This document shows positions 15,781 through 25,051 of a stretch of DNA of 26,627 nucleotides, piece by piece. The number at the start of each line of letters is the position of its first letter. The stretch's first letter is position 1. The notes beneath the pieces were generated by a model that saw only the letters and a program-made list of their open reading frames with translations, was not told where the DNA came from and did not search any database. The DNA is from an uncultured Deinococcales bacterium (GTDB lineage Bacteria; Deinococcota; Deinococci; Deinococcales; JAAFIG01). The stretch is from NCBI GenBank assembly GCA_964247135.1, contig CAXTTL010000041.1:1-26627 (forward strand), read 5' to 3'. The translations under genes were made by a program, and so were the position numbers.

Positions 15781-17112
15781 ATGACACCGCTCGAGATCAC
15801 GATGGTTGGCGCCGGTTACGTTGGACTTTCGAGCGCCGTCGCTCTGGCATTGGCTGGGCACCGCGTGAATTTGATTGAACGCAACCCTGAACGTTTGCAA
15901 AGTTTGCAATCTGGTCGAATCCCATTTCTCGAGCCTGACCTCGAAATTGCCTTTCGAGACGCTCAAAACAACATCTGCATCGCCGCAAACCTCGAGCACG
16001 CCATCAAATCCTCGAGCATTGTCATGCTGGCGGTTGGCACACCGCCCACGCCCGCGCATGGTGCTGATTTGAGTCAGGTCTTTATGGCACTCGAGGATAT
16101 TGCACCATATCTTGACCAAATACCACGGGTGATTGTCGTGAAATCCACCGTGCCCGTCGGTACGAATGCCGAGGTCAAGACTTTCTTGGAAGCTCGAGTA
16201 CCCAATGCCGTGTTTGCGGTTGCGAGCAATCCAGAATTTTTGCGCCAAGGTCGCGCCCTGCGCGATGCGCTGTTTCCGGACCGAATTGTGATTGGCGCAA
16301 GCGAACCTTGGGCACTCGAATTGTTGCGCCAACTTTACGCCCCGTTGCAACACGCCTCCGTTCCCGAAACCCTCGAACAATTCCGTCCGACGCAGCCCAT
16401 CCCGCTGCTCGAGATCAGCCCCGAAAGCGCCGAGCTTGCCAAGTACGCCGCCAATGCGTTTTTGGCAATGAAAATCAGTTTTATCAACGAAATCGCCAAC
16501 GTCTGCGCCGGAACTGGGGCGGACGTGTCTGAGATCAAAGCGGTGCTCGAGCGGGACAAACGCATCGGTGGGGATTTTTTGCAGGCTGGGTTGGGTTACG
16601 GCGGTTCGTGTTTTCCCAAAGACACCCGAGCCTTGTCCCAAATTGCCTTGCGCAGCGGTTACGAATTTCGGTTGCTGCGAGCCGTGATCGAAGTCAACGC
16701 GGAACAACGTTTTCGGGTCTTGAGACAACTCGAAGAGCGCCTGGGCGGGTTTCGCGGCAAACGCATTGCGGTGCTTGGACTGACCTTCAAACCCAACACC
16801 GACGACTTACGCGAATCGCTGGGCGTGGACATTGCGCTCGAGCTGCAAGCCAGGGGCGCAATGGTCAAAGCGCACGACCCGACACCGCTCAAGCTCGAGC
16901 AGATCGACTGCTCGAGCAACCTGAGTGGGTGCCTGACTGGGGTTGACGCGGCGATTTTGGTGACGGAATGGGACGAGTACCGTAACGCAAACTGGAAAGA
17001 CCTGGGTTGTCTGATGCGCCGCAAATTAATCTTGGACGGACGCAATGCGCTCAAAGCTCGAGCCATGCTGGCGGCAGGTTTTGAATACCTTGGGGTTGGC
17101 ACTAACACCTGA
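15781..17112 (+). CDS. ugd: UDP-glucose/GDP-mannose dehydrogenase family protein
   Basis: GAGYVG, AVGTP, KSTVPVGT, SNPEFLRQG, AELAKYAANAFLAMKISFINE, GYGGSCFPKD (catalytic Cys), GLTFKPNTDDLRES, DGRN. Confidence 0.93.
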   Translation: MTPLEITMVGAGYVGLSSAVALALAGHRVNLIERNPERLQSLQSGRIPFLEPDLEIAFRDAQNNICIAANLEHAIKSSSIVMLAVGTPPTPAHGADLSQVFMALEDIAPYLDQIPRVIVVKSTVPVGTNAEVKTFLEARVPNAVFAVASNPEFLRQGRALRDALFPDRIVIGASEPWALELLRQLYAPLQHASVPETLEQFRPTQPIPLLEISPESAELAKYAANAFLAMKISFINEIANVCAGTGADVSEIKAVLERDKRIGGDFLQAGLGYGGSCFPKDTRALSQIALRSGYEFRLLRAVIEVNAEQRFRVLRQLEERLGGFRGKRIAVLGLTFKPNTDDLRESLGVDIALELQARGAMVKAHDPTPLKLEQIDCSSNLSGCLTGVDAAILVTEWDEYRNANWKDLGCLMRRKLILDGRNALKARAMLAAGFEYLGVGTNT

Positions 17113-17152
17113 ACCAAACCCGAGACGGAACAGCTTGCGTTTTGCACAGCCG

Positions 17153-17350
17153 TTAATTTCGACGGACCACCCGCCACAGGCTGACCCCAAGAAAGCCGAG
17201 CACGACCCCTGGCAGGATCAACCAAGACCCCTCGAGCTTTGCCAGCAAGCCTGTCAAGATGAGTGCGACCACCACCGCCGCCGCGACCGTCCAATCGTCA
17301 CCGACAATAAAATCGTACCAAAAGCGCAAGAACCCAAGAATGTAGTTCAT
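17153..17350 (-). CDS. Small membrane protein coupled to the COG4280-like gene
   Basis: FWYDFIVGDDW followed by two hydrophobic helices; ATGA overlap with the upstream gene. Confidence 0.75.
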   Translation of the reverse strand: MNYILGFLRFWYDFIVGDDWTVAAAVVVALILTGLLAKLEGSWLILPGVVLGFLGVSLWRVVRRN

Positions 17351-18102
17351 GCTTTGGCTCCGCTCAGGGTGGTGCGGGCAAGTTTCTCGCGGCGCAAAAC
17401 ATACACGTAAAGCAGCGAAGCCAGCGAGTAGACCAGCAAAATGCCAATGATCGAGGCATCCGCGCCAGGCAAATGCGCCCCCGCGCCCTCGGCAGCCCAG
17501 AACGTCCCGAAGCTCGAGAGCATCAAGCCGACCGCGAATTTTAAGCTGTTCTCGGGGACTCGGCTGAGCGGTTTGTGCAAGATTGCACCCGCGATCAGCA
17601 CAACCAGCAAGGCGCTGGCAGCCCCGAGCGCGGCAAGGTCAAGCCGCTTGGCGCTGGCACCAAAGGTCACGACAATAAATGCCACCTCAAGCCCCTCGAG
17701 CAACACACTTTTGAAACTCAGGGTAAAACCGTACCAGTCAAGACCGGCTCGGGCATCGAGAGCTTGCTTTTTGGCGGCTTCGGTTTCGGCGAGGAAGGTC
17801 GCGTCTTCATCGTGCAGCGCCTTGAAACCGCTGGCTCTGAGGATGGCTTTGCGCCACCACTGCACCCCAAAAACCAGCAGCAGCCCGCCGACAATCAAAC
17901 GCAGCGTCTCGAGCGGGATGAGCGCCAGACTTGGACCAAAAACCGCCACAATCACAATCAGGGCAGCCAGCGCGGCGGCGGTGCCAGTCAAAGCCGAACG
18001 CCAACCTCGGGTCAGACCGACCGCCAGCACGATGGTCAGGGCTTCGACCATTTCGACGGCGCTGGCGAGAAAAGCGGCGAGGAACAAAAACCATTCACTC
18101 AT
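17347..18102 (-). CDS. COG4280-like multi-pass membrane protein with duplicated ExxE motifs (putative metal transporter)
   Basis: GAGGAG RBS; VEMVEALTIVLAVG and LLEGLEVAFIV in two homologous halves; LSRVPENSLKFAVG, FGTFWAAEG. Confidence 0.75.
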   Translation of the reverse strand: MSEWFLFLAAFLASAVEMVEALTIVLAVGLTRGWRSALTGTAAALAALIVIVAVFGPSLALIPLETLRLIVGGLLLVFGVQWWRKAILRASGFKALHDEDATFLAETEAAKKQALDARAGLDWYGFTLSFKSVLLEGLEVAFIVVTFGASAKRLDLAALGAASALLVVLIAGAILHKPLSRVPENSLKFAVGLMLSSFGTFWAAEGAGAHLPGADASIIGILLVYSLASLLYVYVLRREKLARTTLSGAKA

Positions 18103-18169
18103 ATCTAAACTCCTCGGTCAGCAAGTGGCTGATGCACTTCAAATGCGTTCGTGAGACAGGGTTGCCAAT

Positions 18170-18208
18170 CAAGTTCGTGACAGTCAAAAACAGACTGTCA
18201 CGAACTTG
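18170..18208. repeat. Perfect 16-bp inverted repeat in the divergent intergenic region
   Basis: CAAGTTCGTGACAGTC-aaaaaca-GACTGTCACGAACTTG. Confidence 0.9.
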
Positions 18209-18267
18209 TATCACTTTATACCCCATAACATCCTAAAGTTTCCAAGAGCCATCAAAGGGGTGAGCAT

Positions 18268-18732
18268 ATGTTGCGACGGTTCTATTTTCGACTGGTCACG
18301 GCGGTACTGTTGGCATCGTTGAGTTTCGGAGGGACAACCATGACCCAGGCAAACAATCCTGAGCAAACCCAGGTCGAAGCCAGGTTGCGCCAGTTTGATC
18401 AACTGGTTCATGCCCTAAACGCCAAGGCAATCGCGGGCATGTTTGACCCAGACGGCGAAATTCAGCACGAGCATCAAACCCCGACCCGTGGTCGTGAGGC
18501 GATTGAAAGTTTGTACGCCAGTTTTTCAAAGTATCAAATTCTCGAGAACGACACGACCCCAATCGGGACGTTGGTCTACGGCAATTTGGCAGTGCAGGTT
18601 GGTTCGTATCACCAAAAAGTCAAAACCCCAGATGGCGCATCGGTCGAGGTCTCAGGATCATTCCAAGCCGACTGGATGCGGTCAGGCTCAAAAGATTGGT
18701 TGATCAAACGCATGGCAACCACTTCACCCTAA
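18268..18732 (+). CDS. Exported NTF2/SnoaL-like (DUF4440-type) protein
   Basis: Signal-peptide-like N-terminus, AIAGMFDPDG, TRGREAI, GNLAVQVGSY, WLIKRM; AGGGGTG RBS. Confidence 0.75.
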   Translation: MLRRFYFRLVTAVLLASLSFGGTTMTQANNPEQTQVEARLRQFDQLVHALNAKAIAGMFDPDGEIQHEHQTPTRGREAIESLYASFSKYQILENDTTPIGTLVYGNLAVQVGSYHQKVKTPDGASVEVSGSFQADWMRSGSKDWLIKRMATTSP

Positions 18733-18755
18733 GCCTTAAATCGGGCGTCCTGAGA

Positions 18756-19667
18756 TCACCTCAAGGATTTTTTGGCTTGCTCGAGTTTTCTGATCGGGTC
18801 GTACTCGGCATCGCTGGCTGGCGCAAAACTTTTGAGACCGATGCGCGTCAGGGCTTTTTTATCATGAAATGACAGCACGGCTTCGCGCAGCGCTTTTTGC
18901 AAACTTGGCGGCAGGTCTTTGCGGTACGCCAGCGGAAACGTGGGAATGGTTTCGGATGTCCAGAGGATGTTGAGCGCCTTGATGTTCTTGATCTCGCCGT
19001 CACGAATCGCCACGTCGATTTCGCGGTCGTTGGTGGCGGCAACACTGACTTCGCCCTCGATCACGCTTTCGATGTTGGCTTCGTGCGAACCGCCAAACGA
19101 AACATTTTTAAAGTAGGTTTCGGGTTTGATCTTCAGGTCGCGCACCAAATGCAGCCACGGCAGCAGGTAGCCCGAGGCGCTTTCGGGATCGACAAAGGCG
19201 AAACTTTTGCCCTTGGCGTCGCTCAGGGTTTTGATGCCGCTGTCCGCCCTCGAGACGATCAACGAATGATAACCAAGCCCCGTTTTGATCGTGTTTTCCC
19301 TGGCAAACGCCACCGCCCCGCCGCGCTCTGCCGCCTGAACATACGCCAGCGGTCCCATGTAGGCAAAATCGAGTTTTTGTGACGCCATGCCAACAATCAC
19401 CGCCAGGTAATCGGGTCCAAAGTAAGGTTTGATTTTCAAACCCAATTTTTGCTCGAGGTGATCGATCAGCGGTTTAAAACGCTCCCTGGACTCGAGGCTG
19501 GCTTCGGCGGGAATGATGCCAAAGGTCAGGGTCGAAGCCCATCCCGTGCGATCTGGGACGCTTTGGAGGCTATTTGTATTGGCTCGAGTCTTGCTTGGCG
19601 CGGCTTGGCTGGCAAACATCAGGCTGGTTGCAATTAAACCAAACGCCATCACTCCAAAAAATTTCAT
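18756..19667 (-). CDS. Second PhnD/PtxB-family substrate-binding protein (no cognate permease adjacent)
   Basis: GGAGGGAG RBS before ATG 19667; signal peptide; DRTGW, DYLAVI, FVDPESASGYLLP, GGSHE, RKDLP, YDPIR. Confidence 0.88.
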   Translation of the reverse strand: MKFFGVMAFGLIATSLMFASQAAPSKTRANTNSLQSVPDRTGWASTLTFGIIPAEASLESRERFKPLIDHLEQKLGLKIKPYFGPDYLAVIVGMASQKLDFAYMGPLAYVQAAERGGAVAFARENTIKTGLGYHSLIVSRADSGIKTLSDAKGKSFAFVDPESASGYLLPWLHLVRDLKIKPETYFKNVSFGGSHEANIESVIEGEVSVAATNDREIDVAIRDGEIKNIKALNILWTSETIPTFPLAYRKDLPPSLQKALREAVLSFHDKKALTRIGLKSFAPASDAEYDPIRKLEQAKKSLR

Positions 19668-19729
19668 TGAGTCTCCCTCCAAAAAAACCCGAGATGCCAA
19701 ATCAATCTTGGCATCTCGAGCAAGCTGAT

Positions 19730-22351
19730 TTAACGGGTGGCGCTGTCGCTGTAAGGGTCGGTCAAGCCAACCGACTTGGAGAGGTTATTGACCACCGTCT
19801 GCACCGCAGCACTTGGTTTGGACATCTGAACGTTCTTCCAGTGGCGGTAGGCGCGTTGGGCTTCGGTGTTGAGTGGGTTGGCTCGAGCGCTCATTTTGAC
19901 GGCTGGCATTGGGCTGTTCTCGCCCTTGACGGCGTGCCAAATGATGTCATTGAAGACCCGTTCGTCCACCGCATCGGCTTTTGCCAAATTCAAGCCGTTG
20001 GAGAGTTTGGCTTTGTACGCCAGCAGCGTGTTCATGGTATCAAGCGGTTGTTTTGGCACGACCGACTTGTAGGGCGCAAGGTTTGGCGCGTCTTGAAAGG
20101 TGGCGATCATCGGCGTGGCGGCGGCATCAAACTGGGTCATCGGCGGCAAGCCCAAAATCAGTTCAATCGTGCGCAACATTGAGGTGGTCGAGTACATCGT
20201 GTGGTCGCGGACGTTGCGTTTGCTGTAGGCGCTGATGGCGAGCGCGGGCATACGGTGTGCGTCCACGTGATCCGCCCCGTTTTGCGCGTCATCCTCGAGC
20301 ACGAAAATGGCGGTGTCTTTCCAGTAAACGCTGTTTGAAACCGCTTCGACCAGTTTCCCGAGCGCCAGGTCGTTGTCGGCGACGTAGGCGGCTGGAATCG
20401 GCGAACCGACCCGGGTGCCATTGGTGTGATCCCTGGGCAGGCGCACCACCGAAAGTTGCGGCAGTTTGCCGTCTTTCACGTAACCGTCAAACTCTTGCTT
20501 CCAGGCGTCAAAACGAACCTGATCGCTGATTGCCATGCTGTAACCTGGGAAGGTTGGCGAGAGCCGACCCTCGAGCGCGGTGGCAAAAAGGGTTGGTTTG
20601 ACGTTGGGTGCGGCGCTGGCGAAATCGTTGAACTCACCGTAGGAGCGGTAATCCAAACCGGCGCGTTTGGCATAATCGAACAGGTAGCCGCCGGCTGGGG
20701 CGCTGGCGGTCGAACCCATCTCGAAGTCGTAATCGCGCCCCCTGGGCGAGTAATTTGCCACCCAGTTGCGTTGGGTGTATTGCGTGGCAATCGCGCCCAT
20801 CGTCCAGTTGTGACCGTCGGCGCTGACCTCGGCATCGGCGTAAAAGTTATCCAGCAAACCAAACTCGAGCGCCAGGGCGTGTTGGTTGGGGGTGACGTCC
20901 TGCCCGAACAACTCGAGGCTGGGGTCTCCGTTGCCCTCGGTCAGGCTGCCGTACAGTTGGTCGTAGGTGCGGTTTTCTTTGATCACATAAATCACGTGCT
21001 TGATCGGACTTGGGTCGCCGGCGCGAAGCGGAATGGCGTGCGGCGTGCTTGATGCCGCTCGAGCCAGCACGCCTTTGGTGTTCTCCAGACCGTTGTTTTT
21101 CGCCACGGTGGCGCTGTACGCCTCGAGGGTTTTGGCGTCTGGCGTCGGAATCACCGAGATTGTGCCTCGAGCCATCGCCGCAATGTATTGCTCGCTGGGG
21201 TTGCGTTTGTCGGGCACGGGTCCTTGCGGGTTCGGTCCGGCACCCAGACCTTTCATGTTGGCGGCAAACAAGAACGTGCCGTCTTTGCTGATTGCCACGG
21301 CGCTCGGAAACCACGCCGTCGGGATGCGCCCATTGACTTTGCCGCTGGCAATGTCCACCACCGCAATCGCGTTCTCGCCGCCGAGGGTCACGTAAAGGGT
21401 TTTGTTGTCTGGCGCAACGGTCAATGCGGTTGGCATCGAACCGGCTGGCGCTCCGGCGTAAGGCTCGAGGTTGAGGGTTACGCTGACTTTGTTGCTGGCG
21501 GTATCAACAACGCTGACGGTGTTCGCGTTGGTGTTCGCCACAAATAAACTCTTGCCGTCAGGTGACAGCGCCATTGCACTCGGATGCGCCCCAACTTCGA
21601 CTCGAGCGACCTCTTTCAGGCTGGTGGTGTCTACAACTGCAACCGCTTTGGCATTCTCGAGCGCCACATACAAGCTTTTGCCATCGCTGGAAAGTTGCAG
21701 CATGTACGGCATCTGCCCGATGTCGGTGGCACTGGCGACGCCGCCAAATTTGATGGTTTTCAGGTTCGTTTGCGTGCGGCTGCTGGCGAGGTCAATCGCG
21801 GCGACGGTGTTGCCCAGGTTGTTCGCCACGAACAAGGTTTTGCCGTCTTGTGAAGCCGCCAGACCAGATGGAAAGATTGGGGTGCTCGAGTCTCCCAGCA
21901 CGATGCTCGCGTTTTCGGTCAGTCTGCCCGCATCGAAGCTGTAGCTGCGGATTTTGTTGTTGCCGCCCGCCGAGGCGTACAAATTCTTGCCGTCCGCGCT
22001 CCAAGTTACCCCGACGTACAGGGCTTCTGGGGCTGGGTACGGGATGGTCTGGGCGACGCGGCGGGTGTAGGTGTCAACCAGCGTCAATCCCTGCACGCCC
22101 TGACCGCAGTTGACAATTGCCAGATATTGACCGCTCGGGCTGAGCGCCACACCCATCGGACGGTCGCCAACCTCGAGCTGCAAGCCGGCGGGGCTGAGTA
22201 CCCAATTGTTCGGCGTGACGCCCGTGCCATCGGCTTGCGGTCCAACTTTGCCGAAGAAGGCAAAACCTGCCGCCGTGACCGCTCCGATGGTCAAAACACC
22301 CATCACCAAAATGCTCGAGATTACCTGTTTGCGCTTTAATACCTGCATCAT
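19730..22351 (-). CDS. Secreted YncE/YVTN beta-propeller + phosphoesterase (alkaline-phosphatase superfamily) protein, copy 1
   Basis: N-terminal hydrophobic signal; repeated LSxDGKxLFVAN/VSVVDT blades; KHVIYVIKENRTYDQ, DNFY, SADGH, LPRDHT, ADNDLALG, EDDAQNGADHVDAHR. Confidence 0.9.
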   Translation of the reverse strand: MMQVLKRKQVISSILVMGVLTIGAVTAAGFAFFGKVGPQADGTGVTPNNWVLSPAGLQLEVGDRPMGVALSPSGQYLAIVNCGQGVQGLTLVDTYTRRVAQTIPYPAPEALYVGVTWSADGKNLYASAGGNNKIRSYSFDAGRLTENASIVLGDSSTPIFPSGLAASQDGKTLFVANNLGNTVAAIDLASSRTQTNLKTIKFGGVASATDIGQMPYMLQLSSDGKSLYVALENAKAVAVVDTTSLKEVARVEVGAHPSAMALSPDGKSLFVANTNANTVSVVDTASNKVSVTLNLEPYAGAPAGSMPTALTVAPDNKTLYVTLGGENAIAVVDIASGKVNGRIPTAWFPSAVAISKDGTFLFAANMKGLGAGPNPQGPVPDKRNPSEQYIAAMARGTISVIPTPDAKTLEAYSATVAKNNGLENTKGVLARAASSTPHAIPLRAGDPSPIKHVIYVIKENRTYDQLYGSLTEGNGDPSLELFGQDVTPNQHALALEFGLLDNFYADAEVSADGHNWTMGAIATQYTQRNWVANYSPRGRDYDFEMGSTASAPAGGYLFDYAKRAGLDYRSYGEFNDFASAAPNVKPTLFATALEGRLSPTFPGYSMAISDQVRFDAWKQEFDGYVKDGKLPQLSVVRLPRDHTNGTRVGSPIPAAYVADNDLALGKLVEAVSNSVYWKDTAIFVLEDDAQNGADHVDAHRMPALAISAYSKRNVRDHTMYSTTSMLRTIELILGLPPMTQFDAAATPMIATFQDAPNLAPYKSVVPKQPLDTMNTLLAYKAKLSNGLNLAKADAVDERVFNDIIWHAVKGENSPMPAVKMSARANPLNTEAQRAYRHWKNVQMSKPSAAVQTVVNNLSKSVGLTDPYSDSATR

Positions 22352-22382
22352 GATTTCCCCTTGCTACGTTTTGTAAAAATCG

Positions 22383-25007
22383 TTATTTGATTTGATCGCC
22401 AGTCAATGCCGCACCCAAACCCGTTTGTTGCTCGAGCTTTTTGGTCAGATTCTGGCTTGCCGCTGTGCTGCGCGAAACGAACGGTTTGGTGATGAAACGC
22501 TCAAACCTCGAGTGCGCCCAAGACGCGAACTTGTTGACGCGGCGGCTCGAGTTGACTTGAGGCATGAGTGTCTTTGCGCCTTTGGCGGAGTGCCACAAAA
22601 TCTCGTTCAGGATCGCGGCGTTCACGCGGTCGGGTTTGGAAAAATTGTAGTGCGAGGATTCTTTGGCTTTGTAGGAGAGCGCCGTGTTCATTTCCTCGAG
22701 TTTTTGTTTTGGAACCAGCGCTTTGTAAGGCGCGAAGTTTGGCGCGTCTTGGAAGGCGGCAATCATTGGCGTGGCTGCCGCGTCAAATTGGGTCATCGGC
22801 GGCAAGCCCAGAATCAACTCGAGGGTGCGCAGCATCGAGACCTGCGAGTATTGCGTGTGGTCGCGCACGCCGCGTTTGCTGTAAGGGCTGATGGCAAAGG
22901 CGATGGTGCGGTGCGCGTCCACGTGGTCGGGTCCACTCTGCGCGTCATCCTCGAGACTCAAGATCACGGTATCTTTCCAGTATGGGCTGTTAGAGACGGC
23001 TTCGACGATCTTGCCAAATGCGAGGTCGTTGTCGGCGACCATCGCTTTGGGCGTGGGCAAACCCTTGTACGATCCCGCCGTGTGATCTCGAGGCAGTGTG
23101 ATGATCGAAAGTTGCGGCAGCTTGCCATCTTTGACAAAACCGTCAAACTCGAGTTTCCAATTCTTGAAACGGTCTTGGTCGCTGTAGGTCATGTCAAAGC
23201 CCAAATACGTTGGTGAAAAATGATCTTTGAGGTTGGGTTGAGCGGGCGAAGGAATCAGATTGGGCAGCTTCGAGGCATAATCCCAGAATTCGCCGTAAGA
23301 ACGGTAGGAAATGCCGGCGCGTTTGGCAAAGTCGTACAAGAAACCGTTGCTCGGGTTGGCGGCATTGCTCGCGCCCTCCCAGTCGTAACCTCGGTTGCGG
23401 TCTGAATAATCCGCCGCCCAGAAACGCTGGGTGTAATCGCCCGCCACCGCCGCCATCGCCCAGTCGTGACCGTCGGCAGAAACCTCGGCATCGCAGTAAA
23501 AATTATCGAACAGACCAAACTCGAGCGCCAGCGCGTGGTGGTTTGGCGTGACATCCTGCCCGTACAGCGTCAGGCTCGGCTCGCCATTGCCCTCTTTCAG
23601 GTCGCCCAACACCTGGTCGTAGGTACGGTTTTCTTTGATCACGTAAATCACGTGCTTGAAGACGCTCGGGTCGCCAAGTTTACGCGGAATCGGTTGGGCT
23701 TTGGTGGCGCTCGAGCCTTTGACCAGCGCTTGGCGGGTTTCGTCAAAACCGTTGTTCTTGACGACTTGAGCCGTGTATGCCTCGAGGGTTTTGGCGTCTG
23801 GAGTCTCGAGGATGCTGAGCGTGCCGCGTGCCAGCCCCGCGATGTATTGCTCTTCGGGGCGGTCCACGCCGTCAATCGGTCCGAGCGGGTTTGGTCCAGC
23901 GCCCAGACCCTTCAGGTTGGCGACGTACAAGAATTTGCCATTGCTCGAGGTGGCGACGGCGCTCGGATACCAGGCGGTCGGGATCAAGCCACGGACTTTG
24001 TTGCTGCCCAAGTCCACCACCGCCAGGTCGTTGTTGCCGCCGTTGGCAACATAAAGCGTCTTGCCGTCTTTGGAGACGGTCAGCGCATTTGGAATCGAAC
24101 CGAACGGCGCACCGTCGTAAGGGCGCAAGTTGATCTCAGCCCGCACCGCGTTGCTGGCGGTATCGACAAGGCTGACCGAATCTGAGTTGGCGTTCGCCAC
24201 GTACAAGGTCTTGCCGTCATTTGAAAGGGTCATGCCCGAGGGTTGGTCGCCCACCACAATCTGTTTTTGCAACTCGAGTTTCTCGGTGCCGATCACGCTG
24301 AGGGCTTTTTGGTTGGTGTGCGAAACGTAAAGCGTCTTGTCGTCCTTTGAGAGTTGCAGCGCGTAGGGCAAAGTCACTTTGCCCGTGTCGCCACTGGCAT
24401 CACCAAACTTAAAATACCGGGCGCTCAGACCGTTGCGGCGCGTGGTGTCGATGGCGACAATCGAATTGCCGTAATTGAGGGCGGCGTAAAGCGTTTTCCC
24501 ATCTTGAGAGAGCGCCAAACCCGCCGGAAAAATCGGACTCGAGAGGTCGCCCAAAATAAACGGTGCGCCCTCGGTCAGCATTTTGCCGTCGAAACCGTAA
24601 CTGCGAATTTTGTTGTTGCCGCCCGCCGAGGCGTAGAGCGCCTTGCCGTCTTTGCTCCAAGCCAGCCCGTAAAACAAAGCCTCCGGTTCGGGGTACGGGA
24701 TTTTTTGCACGACCTTGTTGGTAAACGTGTCGAGCAACACCAGGCTTTGCACGCCCTGACCACCGTTGGTCACGGCAAGGTAGCGTCCGTCGGGCGACGG
24801 CTCGAGCGCCATCGGTCGGTCTCCGACCTCGACTTGCAAACCGGCTGGGGTCAGCGTCCACTTGTTCGGGGTCATGCCCGTACCGTCGGCTTGCGGTCCA
24901 ACCGTGCCAAAAAAGTACGAGTTTGTCCCAAAAGCCACCGCACCCACCAGTGCTGCACCAAGCAAGATCAAGGAAAGTCGTTTTTTCTGCCCGAGCATGT
25001 TCATCAT
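22383..25007 (-). CDS. Secreted YncE/YVTN beta-propeller + phosphoesterase protein, copy 2
   Basis: Same architecture and motifs as copy 1 (KENRTYDQ, SADGH, LPRDHT, EDDAQSGPDHVDAHR); GGAGG RBS; 874 aa versus 873 aa. Confidence 0.9.
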   Translation of the reverse strand: MMNMLGQKKRLSLILLGAALVGAVAFGTNSYFFGTVGPQADGTGMTPNKWTLTPAGLQVEVGDRPMALEPSPDGRYLAVTNGGQGVQSLVLLDTFTNKVVQKIPYPEPEALFYGLAWSKDGKALYASAGGNNKIRSYGFDGKMLTEGAPFILGDLSSPIFPAGLALSQDGKTLYAALNYGNSIVAIDTTRRNGLSARYFKFGDASGDTGKVTLPYALQLSKDDKTLYVSHTNQKALSVIGTEKLELQKQIVVGDQPSGMTLSNDGKTLYVANANSDSVSLVDTASNAVRAEINLRPYDGAPFGSIPNALTVSKDGKTLYVANGGNNDLAVVDLGSNKVRGLIPTAWYPSAVATSSNGKFLYVANLKGLGAGPNPLGPIDGVDRPEEQYIAGLARGTLSILETPDAKTLEAYTAQVVKNNGFDETRQALVKGSSATKAQPIPRKLGDPSVFKHVIYVIKENRTYDQVLGDLKEGNGEPSLTLYGQDVTPNHHALALEFGLFDNFYCDAEVSADGHDWAMAAVAGDYTQRFWAADYSDRNRGYDWEGASNAANPSNGFLYDFAKRAGISYRSYGEFWDYASKLPNLIPSPAQPNLKDHFSPTYLGFDMTYSDQDRFKNWKLEFDGFVKDGKLPQLSIITLPRDHTAGSYKGLPTPKAMVADNDLAFGKIVEAVSNSPYWKDTVILSLEDDAQSGPDHVDAHRTIAFAISPYSKRGVRDHTQYSQVSMLRTLELILGLPPMTQFDAAATPMIAAFQDAPNFAPYKALVPKQKLEEMNTALSYKAKESSHYNFSKPDRVNAAILNEILWHSAKGAKTLMPQVNSSRRVNKFASWAHSRFERFITKPFVSRSTAASQNLTKKLEQQTGLGAALTGDQIK

Positions 25008-25051
25008 GACGCCTCCAAATCACAACACTTCAGATGCTTCAATCCCAAAAT

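Noticed and set aside
18170-18208. 16-bp inverted repeat as a terminator
   Set aside because: It lies between divergent gene starts and has no U-tract on either side.
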